Shown: piece after piece, positions 23,227 to 36,805 of the stretch
How the letters are laid out: every line of letters starts with the position of its first letter
Numbering within the stretch: position 1 is the stretch's first letter
Assembly (NCBI GenBank): GCA_002633005.1
Contig: NMRA01000210.1
Location: 372,001-436,000 of the forward strand
Source of the DNA: Phoronis australis
Lineage: Eukaryota; Animalia; Phoronida
Direction of reading: 5' to 3'
Length of the DNA stretch: 64,000 bases
The notes under the pieces: generated by a model
Seen by the model: the letters and a program-made list of their open reading frames with translations, nothing else
Databases searched by the model: none
Told to the model about the DNA's origin: nothing
Position numbers and translations under genes: made by a program

Positions 23227-25184
23227 CAGGCCCGTAGCCAGGGGGGGTTCGAGGGGTTCGAACGAATTCCCCCCCCCCGCGGAAAAGGTCCAGCCCCAAC
23301 CTATCCGTTAAAGATGGACAACAACAAAATTGATGCAGCTACTGGTACTACTAACTACAATTGTTAACTAAGTTAGTAATAATTTTGAATTTGCTTCTGA
23401 TTCAAAGCGCTTCACGTTATCATCGAGCCGTGCGTTACCCGGCTCACTTCGCCCGAGTGGTATTTGCGTAAATGACAGGATCGTGCAGACGATTAGAGGA
23501 GGCTTTATGTTACTCATCGGCATTGAACACGCGTGGTGGTTACACCGCAGGGAAACAAGGGAGTCTAGAAGTAAATGTCTATACCTAGCTAAGCTATATA
23601 GCAGAGAGATAGCTCCCAAAAAGTCACATTGCGGTATGAATGTCTCTCTCAAACAGTAGTCCAGACCTCAAACCACTGAGCCAAACAGTTCATTACTCTG
23701 ATTGTCTGCTAATGAGTCGTAACAAACGTGAATAGATTATTGTATTTGTGTCCATTTAGTAACCGTGTAAAAGGGTGTGCAAAAAGTTGACTAGTTCTCA
23801 ATACATTGATTTCATTGTTGAGATAATCGGTTCCAATCACTGCCAATCGTGATACTTGAATCTAATTAACGACTCATTCTCAATTAGGAGCAACATCTGG
23901 GGCACGGGTACGGGCTGCGGTGACCAACGGTTTTAAATTTAAAAAGACTGAATGGGGCTCACTGACTATTTGAAGACTGGCAGGGACTGGATAGCCTGCT
24001 AACTACATTTGATTTCGACCCGCCTGTGCGTGGTTCCGATGGGTGAGGTTCAGGCGCAGCGGCCCTAACTTTTTCAGTCGCGCAGTGAAATGATGCAACC
24101 TTGACATGGATTTTATGAATGTATCGTGGTTGATAATTCATCAATATTCCCACTCCAAATTGTTTAAAATGCAATAACGTTAACACGGAAAAATATGACT
24201 AGATAAAAAGTTTCATTAAGTTAATCTCCGACTAAATATTTCTGACCGAGAAGGTGTAATCACTCATTTAAGCCTGATTTGAAAATTTGGCAAGAAGTAA
24301 CGAGGAGAACGTTTTGGACCACATTACATCCGAAATAAGTCCCATTTTTGCGAGCAACCGTCACGGTCTCGCTGGTTCCCTGCGTGACGCTGGGTGGTAG
24401 CGAGCAAGCCTGGTATGAACACTTAATTTTCCTCGGGATTTTTTTTACAACGGCGTTTCTGATTGGCTGGTCGATTTCTCAACAAGCAGCACTTTACCCA
24501 AACAAACTGACATGTTTGATGGAGGAAGTGTAATGTGGTCTGTTGTACAGACAAATCGGGTGCTTAAAATTCATGTTCAAGAAATGTGAATCCCAGAAAA
24601 TTGTGGTTGCGCCTTTCGGATTGCATCTTCCTAATGTAGCTGGATTTTGTTTACGTTAGGCCTACTGTCCTGTATTATACAGTATGAATAACGCACTAGT
24701 AAAATCGACCAGATGACGGCGTGTTTATTGTACATGTGCTTCTGAGCACGCAGCTATTAAACATTAGGCCTACTGCAGAAACAAAATAGTTGCTGCTACG
24801 CCACTTGCAGGGACAAAGCTAAAAATCGTCCATAGTCCGACATTTTCTCACTTTGTTGTAAAGCTAACCAATGACTGTCGTGGTTACATCAACCAGTGAT
24901 AAAGCGCGTGCTACTGCCTGCTACCTGCGCGCTGGCTACCACCTAGCGGCACGCGGGGAACCGGCGAGCCGTCACGGCATCCTCATCTCTGGTATTAGGC
25001 CTACTAATTCCGGCTCATCTCACAAACATAGAACTGAGAGTCATCGTTGTGTATACAAATTTCCCTTCCCCCTGATTAAGCTGCGACAACTGAGGGCCAA
25101 AGTGTCGACGTTGCGGCAAAGTATCAAAGGTCCACCGATCAAGAAATTCGAACCACCCCCTGCGCAATGCTGGCTACGGGCCTG
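23227..25184. mobile_element. hAT-like non-autonomous element (~2.0 kb) in the Kv-A intron
   Basis: TIR CAGGCCCGTAGCCAG / CTGGCTACGGGCCTG; flanks AAGCT/TAGCT (5 bp, 1 mismatch); internal homology to 32646-36580. Confidence 0.75.
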
Positions 25185-25479
25185 TAGCTTACAAGCTCTG
25201 TTTTGAAAGCATTCAAAAGTTTATTTTCGCTTTACCCTAATCGATATCAAGGTTGAGAAAGGCTCTGTTGGATCTGCTATGCATTTGGTTTACAAAAATA
25301 GTATTATTTAGTATTATGTGGTCAGAAGCTAGTTTGTTTACACACTTAAACATATGTTTACACGTATGAAAATATCTCCTCTCCAGCAGTCTGGGCCAGC
25401 TAAGTTGATAATATAAAACTGGGCAGTCTGGGCTCATCAGCCACGGACTAGTGTAGGAGAAGACAACACCGAAATAAAA

Positions 25480-26430
25480 CCACGTGATGATATGCCACGA
25501 ACGCGGAGAATGTTGGCTTAGGGCAGCAGGCGAACTTTCTGTACCTGTTTTACCTACAGTGTAGAAGAGAACCAGACAGGCATCCTACCCATCAATGGAA
25601 ACCCAGAAAGAAGAAGACATTTTAGCAACCAGTACAAAGCCTTAGCAAACAAATAGCGCCCCCTGCTTAATGCTCTAACTGCTACATTATTATCAGACTT
25701 ACACGACGACCATGTAATAACACAATACTCTAACCGTACGCGTTTTCGTAGCCTAAGGGAGACATATTCTCGAACGGTAAGTGCGTGTCGGCCATGTGTA
25801 TACAATATTGTCAAACCTGGTTAGACTAGGCACCTGTGCTAGGTTCTAAGTGTGTTAATCCAAGAAGCTTCTGAGCCTTTTTAGGTGATCATTGTCAATA
25901 TGTTTGTCCCGTGTAAAAAACGAATCAAGGGTGGTATTTTATTTCACTAGCAGATTTACAAATGAATATCCTGACGTCTGTCGATTTAGCATTAACGTGC
26001 GAATAAAATGACGTAGATTTGGTTTTGGTGGTGCAAAGTAGCTCTATATACTGACAATCACTGGCACATGCTATCAAGTTAACAAATTAGAGTATTTTCT
26101 AGAGCACCCTGCAACATTTATAATGCCTGATGACACACAGTAAAGTAGCTGTACGACATTGATATAGACAGCAAATAACAGGGGCCCAGTACTGATCCCC
26201 TGGGAATATCACAGGATGTCGAAAAGAGGCCTGACATTTTACCATTTAAAGACGTGCAATGGGTTTTGCCAGAAAGGTAAGACCACCGACCTCCCTAATG
26301 CCAACCCTGTCTATCGTGGAAAGCCAGCACTCATGGTGGACAGTGTCAAAGGTTTTTTCAGATCCAAAATAAGCACCACTGCCCATAGAAAACAGGATGT
26401 GGTCAGTACCAGCAAACAGCGCAGTCTCTG
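25480..26430 (-). mobile_element. Decayed CR1/L2-type LINE RT fragment
   Basis: Minus strand reads PRGSVLGPLLFAVYIN (~26160-26205), a degenerate LDLKK motif and RLEYC...WS; many stops and frameshifts. Confidence 0.6.
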
Positions 26431-27898
26431 TCCGACAACCATTTGTTGCCGATCAAAGTTTGTTGTGTATTATACAAAATGGGTATTTATATTTTGAGTA
26501 TAATTTTTACGTTTTGTGAGTTGCATATGTGCTTTGATGCCGTATATCAGCATGGAAAATGCAAATTGTTTTCTTTTCATTTACGAATAAGATGAAAAAT
26601 GAAAGCACTCCGAGGTGCGACACTATGCGAAATCAAATAAGAACCTTGAACTGTGGTCGCCTAGGAAACCAAAAAGATCAATGAATACGACAACAACCAT
26701 GACACCAACAACAACAACCAAGATATCGCCGATGACACAGGTACTGACATCAACTTCGACGATGCCGTCAGCAACTCATTGTCACAGACGCCAATGCGAC
26801 TACAAAGAGACAAGACTGCTAATGACAACGAGGTCGCTGCCAGTGACAACGACGGCGCCTACACCGGAGATGATAATGACAATGACGCTACTTCCGGCGA
26901 CGACGGCAACACTCAGACAACTTCGGCGAGCTGTCAACGATGCCAAACCCGACGGCGTCAAAGATGCTGTTAATTCTGAAACTTGAGATGTCGTTAATGC
27001 CATGCAAACGGCAAGACTGGATAACACTGATGAGACGATAGCGCATCGAACGCCCATATCAACAACGCCGTTGTCACTGTAGCCGACCGTCCGGCAAAAG
27101 AATCATTGATGACAAGAATAACTACGTTAAAAACAACGACATCAATGCCGAAGGCACCGTTGCAAACGTCGGCTCTTCCAACAGGACTTCCCACTCTGGA
27201 AAGTGGACGTCATGGAAATTCTATAACTGTCAGATAGGGAGGTCCTGTACTAAACATCAAAATTTTGCATCTGATTAAGCAGCAGTCTTCGTTGAATAAA
27301 TTAGCTTCCACTCAACGACAATGGTTTTACACTTGAGAACAAGTTTAGATTTTGCAGGTTCCAAGACAAATGTTCAAATTGGACTTCAAACTTCAGGGTG
27401 TCATGTCTCAAAAACGTGTGATCAGATTCAAATTATTACTTCTAGGTATTACGCTTTACACACTGCTCTATAAATGTTCCTTTTGCATCAAATACATCAC
27501 TTATAAGATTTCCATGAAACCTTTCAAACATTACATAAAACGGAAACGAAATGTGAATTCAGAGAACTGTATCAGCGTTTTTGAGAGTTCCTCTAGAATA
27601 TTCATATCAAAAGTAAAAATTTGTTCATGCTATTGATACCAGCGAAAAACGCGACTTAGTTTGCCATTTTTCAAAATGTTCTTAACGTATATACGTGAAC
27701 GGCCATTATTCAAAGTGTTATTTTTAAAAAATGTTCTCTCTATAAAAACAGTTTGGAAATTTATTTTCTTCGATTTTAAGATTTTGCTATCCACGTCTTT
27801 TAGTTGACAAAGTCGAAATAATTGCCTCTGCGATTGTTTGCTGGGCTTCATGTGTGTGTAAATGTGTCAGAATTTGACAGACAGAATTAAGTACTTAC

Positions 27899-28441
27899 CA
27901 TGGCTGACTTGGAGGAAAGAGGCCTTTCAATGCTTGTGTAAGCTTTGTACTGACAATTTTTCCACGGCGAAGCCGACTCTGGAGGACAAGCGCACGGTAA
28001 GGGGCCAACAGCGAACTTGGAGGACATCTTTTCATGCCAGGCCAGGTCCTGTTGGAAGGAATCTAAACTCACCCTGCAGCAGTGAGAGACTAAGTCCAGG
28101 GGAATTTCCCAAAAACTTAATTCCGCTCTTATTTCAGCACCACACACGACTCCCTTAGCAAAATGCAACTCCCCGTTTCTGTATAACGATAATATGCGCT
28201 CAAAAATAACTGGATTGCGATCAAAGAAGTATTCGATTGTCTTGTCTTGGAAGTTATTCTGCATATTTTTGGAATGTCGGTCTGCTAATCTTGCCAGACG
28301 TGAGCCTTTCACGGACAACAGAGTGCCGCAGAGCGTTTCAAATCGTACTCCTCCAACATTAAGACAAATGAACGAGGTTTCCTTGCCTTTTTCGATATTT
28401 TCATTTTGGTCAAGTATTTCACCTGACACGGTTCGAAGCAT
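27899..28441 (-). CDS. K+ channel paralogue A, exon 1 (T1/BTB tetramerisation domain)
   Basis: LNVGGVRFET...YFFDRNP...YRNGELH...C...FWEI...CC; ATG|gtaagt phase-0 donor; the start ATG is inferred. Confidence 0.9.
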
Positions 28442-28825
28442 ATTGGACCAGAGAGTTCAAGCACAGAGTCTTGCCGCACTAGGCGAAGTATCGCGTGACT
28501 TATAAACACTAGCTGTCGTTACGTGTTCCAGGACCCGGTGTTGCACACTCGTTGAAACCCTGCGTACCTTCAGTGTATTCCCCTTGTAACGTATATGTAC
28601 ACACAACTGTAACAACAATAGCTGTATTTAGTTCACTTGCATTCTTGAGTGCCGACTTATGGCTGTCAGTTGACAAATAGTACTTGTCCAGGCCCGATCC
28701 GATTTATCGTAATTCTGGTCAGAAATTCCACCTGCAAAGAAGTTGCACGAGTACAGTGAATCAGGTCGCTGACTCTTTAGGACATTTAAAGCACTTGTGA
28801 TAAAAAACTCGACTTGACTAGGTGA

Positions 28826-29070
28826 TGTTTACATGTATGTATATGTATGCATGCATGTATGTATGTATGTATGTACGTATGCATGTATGTATGTACGTGT
28901 GTATGTATGTATGTATGCACGCATTTGTATGTATGTATATATGTATGTATGTTTGTACGTACTTATGTATGTATGTATGCATGTATGTACATATGTATGT
29001 ATGTGTGTACGTACGTATGTATGTGTGTACGTACGTATGTACGTATGTATGTATGTATGTATGTATGTAT
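28826..29070. repeat. (TATG/TACG)n tetranucleotide microsatellite
   Basis: Visible imperfect ATGT run of ~245 bp upstream of Kv-A exon 1. Confidence 0.95.
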
Positions 29071-30958
29071 TTCACAGTTTATTAATCTGTTAAAAAATTA
29101 AAGCGGCTACGAACCAGTGTTCATGCAAGAAGCGAACTTCTCTTTAAAATCACGTACCGTGTACAATTTGGTCTCATAGTGTTCCTTACGGTAAAATGAG
29201 CAGTGATTTCGGACTTTGTAAGGGCACTGACTTTACGTTATTTGTTGAAATCATGTTCACTGCATAAAATGACACGTCATGACACGGAAACTTGCTGAGT
29301 TTGATCTCAAGCAGGAATGAATTTCCAGTTCTTTCCAAACCGTAGAATCATCTCGAACTTGACAAAGGAACAATTTCAGACTAATTTCATAATTGTTTGT
29401 TTTCGGAATGGTGTATGTGTACTTGATAAGAAATTCATCCGTGAGAATATATCTAAAGTAAATAATTCCAGAAAAAGCGTCTTTTCAGGGATTGGTTGCA
29501 TGGGATTGCCAACAACCTACGGAAACCACTGCAGGCGTAGTCTGTCGTGAGAAATACATTTAACGGCTATACCGCAGGCAGTCTCGCGCGGGCAATACCT
29601 GGCTCCGATGGATTCGAATGTGATGGTAGTTCGCCACTGGCATGACGAATTATATTTTACTCGAAAATCGGTGAAACGGAAGTGGACAACCGGCTTTTTG
29701 GACTAAACTAGGAGCCATGGCAAAACTGGTTCACAGAATTAAGTGACCAAGTTTGGATTTTATATTTTGCGATAGCTTTTAACAAGAGAAATGCAATTTT
29801 TAATGTAAAGACAAATATTCCCTTTCAGTAATGCTGTTAGTTCTTGACAAAAACGGATATCTATCAACACGTACATGTATCGGTGCTGGGCCAACACGTG
29901 ACCATGATTTCTGTTAACTCGACTGTAATATCTACGTCGTCTTTCGAGCTCCTGTCTCGGTACGAGAGTTTGTTGTTAAGGAGATCGGTGCAGCTTCAAG
30001 ATCACATCTCACAATTATCGTCACCAATCGCATTTACGGGGGCAGTTTCGGACGAGAAGGCTCGTGGTAATTTTACACCGCCCTTTTCCGGGACTGCCCG
30101 TAATAAAAGTGAGGCCAAGCATGTGCCTGGAATCTCGATTATCCATACGCATGAAACTGTCATTGACTAAGTATAAGGAACGTAATTTAACACAAATACA
30201 AACATGAAAGACTCTTTGATTGTTACGTGGAGTATATTGTATGTAGGTTTTGTAGGAATGCAATGCGAGTCCTTGATATAACGTGATGATATTTCCTTTC
30301 AAAATTTTAAAAACTTACAATAATATAGATTTAGCAATTTTCATATTTTTTCAACAAGCTAAGATATTCAATTTAAACTAAGAACGTTAGACAACATGAC
30401 ATGGTGTCAAAATTTGTGCTGGATTGTTTGAAATTTCTTGCACCTATGAAAAGTCACACATACTCACCTTGGCAAACTATAATCCATGACCATACTGAGA
30501 ATGTCAATTTCTCAAACCATGATGCTCAATGGCGTCAGGGTCAACGCAGATGAGGCTCAAGATGGGTGCCTTATGTGAGAGATAGAGATAGCTGAGGCCC
30601 AGTGCAGAGGGAGAGCTGCGGGCTCAGCTGTCTGCCTCAAGTAAAACATATCTTAGACTTAGACCAGACGAAAAGAATACCAGCGAAGCAAAATCCTCGT
30701 GAACCATATTGGCGCAGATTTGAGCTAAGAGCAAAGCTTACATGGATTTGAGATGCTTATCTCGTCGTCTGCGCTGGACTAAAGGCATTGAGACTCGCTT
30801 AAATTTCCTTTGCGTATCACACGGTTATTCCGTGACTTAAGTGACACAACCTTGTTTTGCTATTACCATAGTACCTGAACTGGGGCATGTTTGTTTTGAT
30901 TTTATGTTTAACAACACCTGAGCCTGTGGTCTAATCTTTGTACTCGATATATCTATTC

Positions 30959-31111
30959 CAGTGGCGGATTTAGAGGGGGGACAAGGGGCCATGCCCCCCC
31001 CCCTAAAATTCTCCCACATTCCATTTGGCAGTTCGGGAGTGCGAATGTCTGACGCCTGGCTAATACTCTGCCCTGGCTCCCCCCTAACTCAAAATACTGG
31101 ATCAGCTCCTG
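30959..31111. mobile_element. MITE, CAGTGGCGGAT family, 5-bp TSD
   Basis: TATTC|CAGTGGCGGATTTAG...CTGGATCAGCTCCTG|TATTC. Confidence 0.75.
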
Positions 31112-32645
31112 TATTCTACCTTTGTGTGAATTCAAGTATCTAGCTCATAATGGCTTATGTGGAAAATAATTTTGAGTCCTATTTCGAGTATACACCCCAG
31201 CTCTAGTCAGTATGAACAAAGCGAACTGCAGAATCACGCACTCGCTGGTTGTGTTTTTGAAAGCACAATTATCAATTGGTCAATCTATTTATTCCAACAT
31301 GTGAATAAAGCGATTACTGCCTTTGATCTCATCGGTTGTCGGAGTTGCTGGTGATCTACCTGAAATTTCCAGAGTACGCAACCCACGAAAGCTAGGGAAA
31401 TCTCGAGTTTCAGGCTTTTTGGACAGTACCCTCAAATTCTATATGCACGGGTTATCAGTGAGCTCTGAGTTTTAGGACCATTGAAAATAGGTTTTTACCT
31501 GGAAGTTTTAGTTTGATATTTTCCACCTAGTTCACAGGTATACTTTCAAAATGTGAAAAGTTCCCGTGTGTAAAGTTGCACTTTTTCGTGTAATTTGCCA
31601 ATGACTGATTTTGGTGCAAAATGACTAAAGATGTTGGAATTTCGAGTTCATGTACATTGTGTAAGTATTGACAGAAATTATTGTCTCAGGCATTTCAACA
31701 GGCACTGCTCGTCGCCTTAAATAAAAGAAAAGAACAAAATAGGACAACAGCTTTTTAAGCGTAGCAGAATGTAAAACTATGTTTAGACTCAACAGTTAAT
31801 GAATAAGGTTTTTAAGCTGTTTCAACTGAAAGAAGGTTGATGTTATTTTATGAACAAAGAGTATGACAAAGTGGAAAATTCGAGGAAAAAAATACGACAG
31901 AATAGAGAAATTAAGCGCTGACTTCAAATCTACATTTAGTTTTTGTAGACTTTTACTGGAGATATTCCATATCACAACCAGTACGCACCACAGAACGACC
32001 GGAAAGATACCAGTTTAACAGACAAATTCAACTTTGTCAAATTCTTGCTCCCTAGTCCGTCACCAATGTCCTCCCCTAGTCTCTTACGATCTTTCTCCGC
32101 GTTGATGTAAAAATGTCATTTACAAAAAGTTTGTGTAAGCCGTGAGAGAAAAAAGGTTATAGAAAGCAAAATTGCTGTGTTAACTCAAACGTATCGGGAC
32201 ATGCAAGAGGCAAGAAATTAATACCGATCAACATTTACTAAATTAGTGGGCTTTGAATTTGTACCCATAAATTGATCAATTGCATTGTTCTAATACTTCA
32301 TTAGTATACAAAAGAATATTGTGTCAAAGAAATTAAAATAGTTTGAAAAATTGATTTTCGTTCAAATAATTTTGTTGAATTAAAGGATCGTTGACACCTG
32401 TCATTTACTCATGGTGTTGTTTATGTCAAAATATGTTTTCAGTGAATTTCTTTAAAGTTGCCTTGGTAACGAATTGTTTTTATAAAAATGTCTGGGAAAA
32501 TGAATGAGAACATCAAAGAAACTCTTTGGTTTGATAAACCTTCAGGCCGATACGCGTAGTTCAATAATACAGCCTTGCTCATACCTATGACACCAGATGG
32601 AGAGGTCATATCAAATAATCAAAATTGATTACGTTGGGTACATTG

Positions 32646-35600
32646 CAGGCCCGTAGCCGGGGGGGGGGGGTTCGGGGGATTCGATCGAACCCCCTGCTCC
32701 CCCACCCGCAGAAAAGGTCCAGCCCCAGCCTATCAGTTAAAGATAAGGATACAGACGGGCAACAGCAACAAAATTGTTGCAGCTGCTCGTACTCCTAACT
32801 ACAAAGATAACTGAGTTAGTAATACTGTTGAATTTGCTTCTGATTCAAAGCGTTTCACATAATTATCGGGCAGTACGTGGCCAACTTCGTCCGAATGCTG
32901 TTTACGTAGATGACAGGATCCTGCAGACGACAGAGGAGGCGTCATGTTAGTTATCGACACCGAAGGCGCGTGGTGGCAACAACATAGGGTAACAAGGGAG
33001 TCTAGCAGTAAACGTCTTTACCTGAAGCCAGACTACAAAGCAGCGAGAGAGCTCCCAAACAGTAGTGCGGTGTGAATGCCTTAAATTCGACCAAGGGCAA
33101 AACAGCAGAAAAAAATCTGCTATTGTGGTATACTTGCTGGCACAGTACGGTAAAGTGCAGGCATTTTTAAATTTCGAACTGAAAGTGATCGACAAATATA
33201 TTGTTCATCTAGTGTTCACTTTTATTGTGGATTGGTGGATTGACATGCAGTGGCGGATTTAGAAGGGGCCATGCCTCCCGCCTAAAACTCTCCCAGATTC
33301 CAATTGGCAGTACAGGGATGCAAATGTCTGACGAGCAAAATCCTGGCTAATACTCTGCCCTGCCTCGCCACTAACTAAAAATCCTGGATCCGCCCCGGAC
33401 ATGTATGCATGTGTAAGTTTCCATTCTTTTAAATTCAGTACACGCCGACGGTAAGTTCACTATATAGACCCAACTCACGCGGCGGACATTAAAATCCAAA
33501 GCGAGGCTCACTGCGATAAACAAACCGGAAGTTGACATTGCGTGAGACAAGTGGCCGGTTTTTTGAGTCCAACCTGGGTTTTAAAATCTTAAAAATGTGT
33601 CGATAATTAACCACAGAGACGTAAAAAATACATTAGAGAACAAGTCAATGCACCAAAGAGTTGCCTGACGGAAGGGTATAAGTTTTTTTTTCGGAAAACT
33701 AGGTTCGAAACATGAAAAGGAAATATTACCAAACTGTGGCGATCGTAGAGTTATGGATTAGGTATTATGCTGAGTGCGGGGTTACGTTTCTTCTTGTAAA
33801 TTGCTGATAAAATGTTTTCTACACGAATCAGGTCATCTGTTTGTACTGTTGACGAGTTGAAGATATATTCGACAGTGGTGGCTCATCGCATTTTGCAGTC
33901 ATGTGCAATTAGTCACATCTGGTTTAATTTGTTGATAAAGAATAATAACACCAAGCATAGCCTAGGTCCTGGTGAGGTAGGGACTATCGGGTCTAACAGT
34001 TGATTTGTCATTGATCTGAAAGAATAACTGATGTTATTAAATAATTTTTTTATTAAAATAAAAAACCAGGCTCGTAATTGAAAATAAGAATTGTTTGACC
34101 ATTTTTTAAATTTTGAAAGAAAATTAAAAACAACCACAGCACCAGAAATCGCTTTCGCATTATATTCAGGTTCTCATTCACTCTCTTGCACACATTCACA
34201 AGTAATTATTTGACCATAAATTCTGCTTTCTTCGTTTTAATAATTCTTACCTCTATTTCATGTGTTATAGGTTCCAAATATCAAACCTGGATCAAGTTGA
34301 ATTTTAAAATTAAAACACCTATTTTGTTCGCCCAAAGCATAACCTCGTTTTAGAGCTCAATTTCAGTTAACTGGACAGAGTAAGCATAGTTATCATGTTT
34401 CTTCAGGTGCCTCGTTCATGAAAGGGGAAAGGTGCATGGGCGCCGAACCATAGGGGGCTGGGTGGCCCCACTTTTTCAGTACAACGCCGCACGTGGTCTT
34501 GAGGCAGTGCACCACCGACAGGGGGGCTGAAGGGGCTTTAGCCCCGCCCACTTTTTTCAGTGCTGTGCCACCCACGAGGTGCCTGTGCTTTCCAGTTCTG
34601 AGAGGGGAATTTTCTCGCCGAGTAAGAGGAAAAATCTACCTCAAGTAGCATTTTGTGCTCTTCCAAATTGTCACTTGTGTGGTTACAGGTGATTTGAATT
34701 TCGGAAAGAACTTTTCAATCACTAGGGGAATTTTTTAGGCCTCGTTTGGGGAACTGCGGGGGCCTTTTCAATATTTTTGAGACGGAAATAGGCCGATATT
34801 CGGCCCCAAAATCGAGGATTGAGGTCCCTGTCCTTTTCGGAAAGAAAAATTATCATCTTTCAACCTGTAGTCATGAAAACACAGCCTGACTGGCCGAAGA
34901 TTCTCCGGTTGTCGAGATGCGACAAAATATGATCTACCTGTAACTTTTCGAACTAAACATTTATAAAGTTTACACGGACCTATTTTCTTTCCTCGCTGCG
35001 TATAGCATGCGACCCAACGCTTCCGAATCTCAACGTCCTTAGGGATTGTAAAACAGGCGGTTGAATGTCCGTATTTTTCTAGCCGTTCGACCAACGTGGA
35101 ATACAACCGTGCCGAGAAGCCAACTGAGCTATCGTGGCGAGCCTCGTTTTGAATCGCGCCTCCTGTCGGCGTGAATTAGGTCTATAGTGCAGTCCTTCGT
35201 CGTTGCTCGAAAACCAGACTTTTAACTATCGGGTTTTTGCACCCAGAAAACCCCGACGATCATGTTCACATTATTAAGTAAAAGTAAGTCTAGACCTAAT
35301 AAAAGCTTTGGTCAACGAAGAAAGTCTTCTCTTGTCAATCAGAGCCAATGTTGCACAGCCTCGCAGACTTCATTCGAGCAACAACCTTGATGGAAAAGAT
35401 TTCCATGGTTACATGTCACTATTCCGAACGTTCACTACTCTGATGGACTGCTGATGAGTCGGAACTGACATGAATAAAGTATTGCATTTGTGTCCGTTCA
35501 GTAACCATTAAAAGGTGTGTAAGTGGAATAGTTCTTAAAACTTTCAGATGAGCTCAGTTCCAATCACTGTCATTTGCGATTCTTGAATAACGACTCATTC

Positions 35601-36580
35601 TCAAGCAGTTCACTACCGTGAACATCGGGTCAGGGCTGCGGGGACCAATGGTGGTTTTAAAATTAAGAAGACCGAATGGGACTCTGACTTCGTGAGGACT
35701 GTCAGGGACAGGGTAGCCTACTAACTACATTTAGTTTCGATTCGGCAGAGCGCGTGGTTCCGCGGTGGGTTAGGTTGAGGTGCAGCGGCCCTAAACCTGT
35801 CACGCCGGCTGTGAAATGATACGATCTTGACATGGATTTGACGAATGTGTCGTGCTCGATAAGTCACCAATATTCCGAACCTAATTCATATTCTTTTAAA
35901 AATGCAAGTACGTACTCATTTTTCTGAATTCGTAAGACATGCGGGCAATTTCGCATGCATATCAAATCCGGGCGCACTTTGGGTATAGAAGCACCACTCA
36001 GTGCATCTATTTACCGAAGTGTCGTTTATTTTTCCATGTAAAAGTAATATCATTACACCTGAGCCCGAAATTTTAGATATTTTCGGAGAAGTGAACCTTC
36101 GGAGTCAGTGGTGAACCTTCGGAATAGTGAACCTTCAGAGTAGTGAACCTTCGGAATAGTGGGTTGTTCCACTTCCAGCGATGTAAGCAATTTTAACAGG
36201 CAAAATACCCATAGAAAATTTCGAGTCATTCTCCGAATAAATATCTCCGTATTTCAGTATGTAATGAGGTGTAATCACTCATTTAAGCACGCCTGACTTG
36301 AACGTTTGGCAGGGGATAACGCGAAAACGTTCTTTTCCTGCACCACATTGTATCCGAACTTGAGTCTCGTTCTTTGTGAGCCACCGTCACGGCATCCTTA
36401 TCCATGGTATTACGAATTCCGTCACATCTCAGGAACATAGAGCTGAGAGTCATCGTTTTGTATACAGATTTCCCTTCCCCCTAATTAAGCTGAGTCATGG
36501 CCTTACCGAAAACTCCACAGTGTAGGTCCGTCGATCTAGAAATTGGAATCACCCTCCGCACGATGCTAGCTACGGACCTG
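32646..36580. mobile_element. Longer copy of the hAT-like family of 23227-25184, with nested inserts and a degenerate THAP-like fragment (~34900-35130, -)
   Basis: CATTG|CAGGCCCGTAGC...GCTACGGACCTG|CATTG perfect 5-bp TSD; shared internal blocks; FTIPKDVEIRKRW motif. Confidence 0.75.
33248..33398. mobile_element. MITE, CAGTGGCGGAT family, 5-bp TSD
   Basis: ACATG|CAGTGGCGGATTTAG...GGATCCGCCCCGG|ACATG. Confidence 0.75.
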
Positions 36581-36650
36581 CATTGTGATAGAAATTGCAA
36601 TTAAGTGTCCTTAACTGTCTGGAATTGTTGAGGTAAACATAAAAAATGTC

Positions 36651-36805
36651 CAGTGCTGTAGTGGGGCGTAGGCGCACGTAGGCGCAGCCAATCACCTTTT
36701 GGCATTCAACGTAGCGCCTACTCACCGTAAGATACGTTCAGTGTACTAGGTGATACATTGGGCTTTGGGCGCCTACTTACCTCTAATTTTACAACTACAG
36801 CACTG
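36651..36805. mobile_element. hAT-type MITE with 8-bp TSD
   Basis: TIR CAGTGCTGTAGT / ACTACAGCACTG; flanks AAAATGTC/GAAATGTC. Confidence 0.7.

Noticed and set aside
26615-27194. Thr/Asp/Asn-rich ORFs in the Kv-A intron
   Set aside because: Degenerate GAC/AAC low-complexity tract with no domain or splice support
28818-29101. Overlapping MYVC/YIHT-rich ORFs
   Set aside because: Translations of the (TATG)n microsatellite
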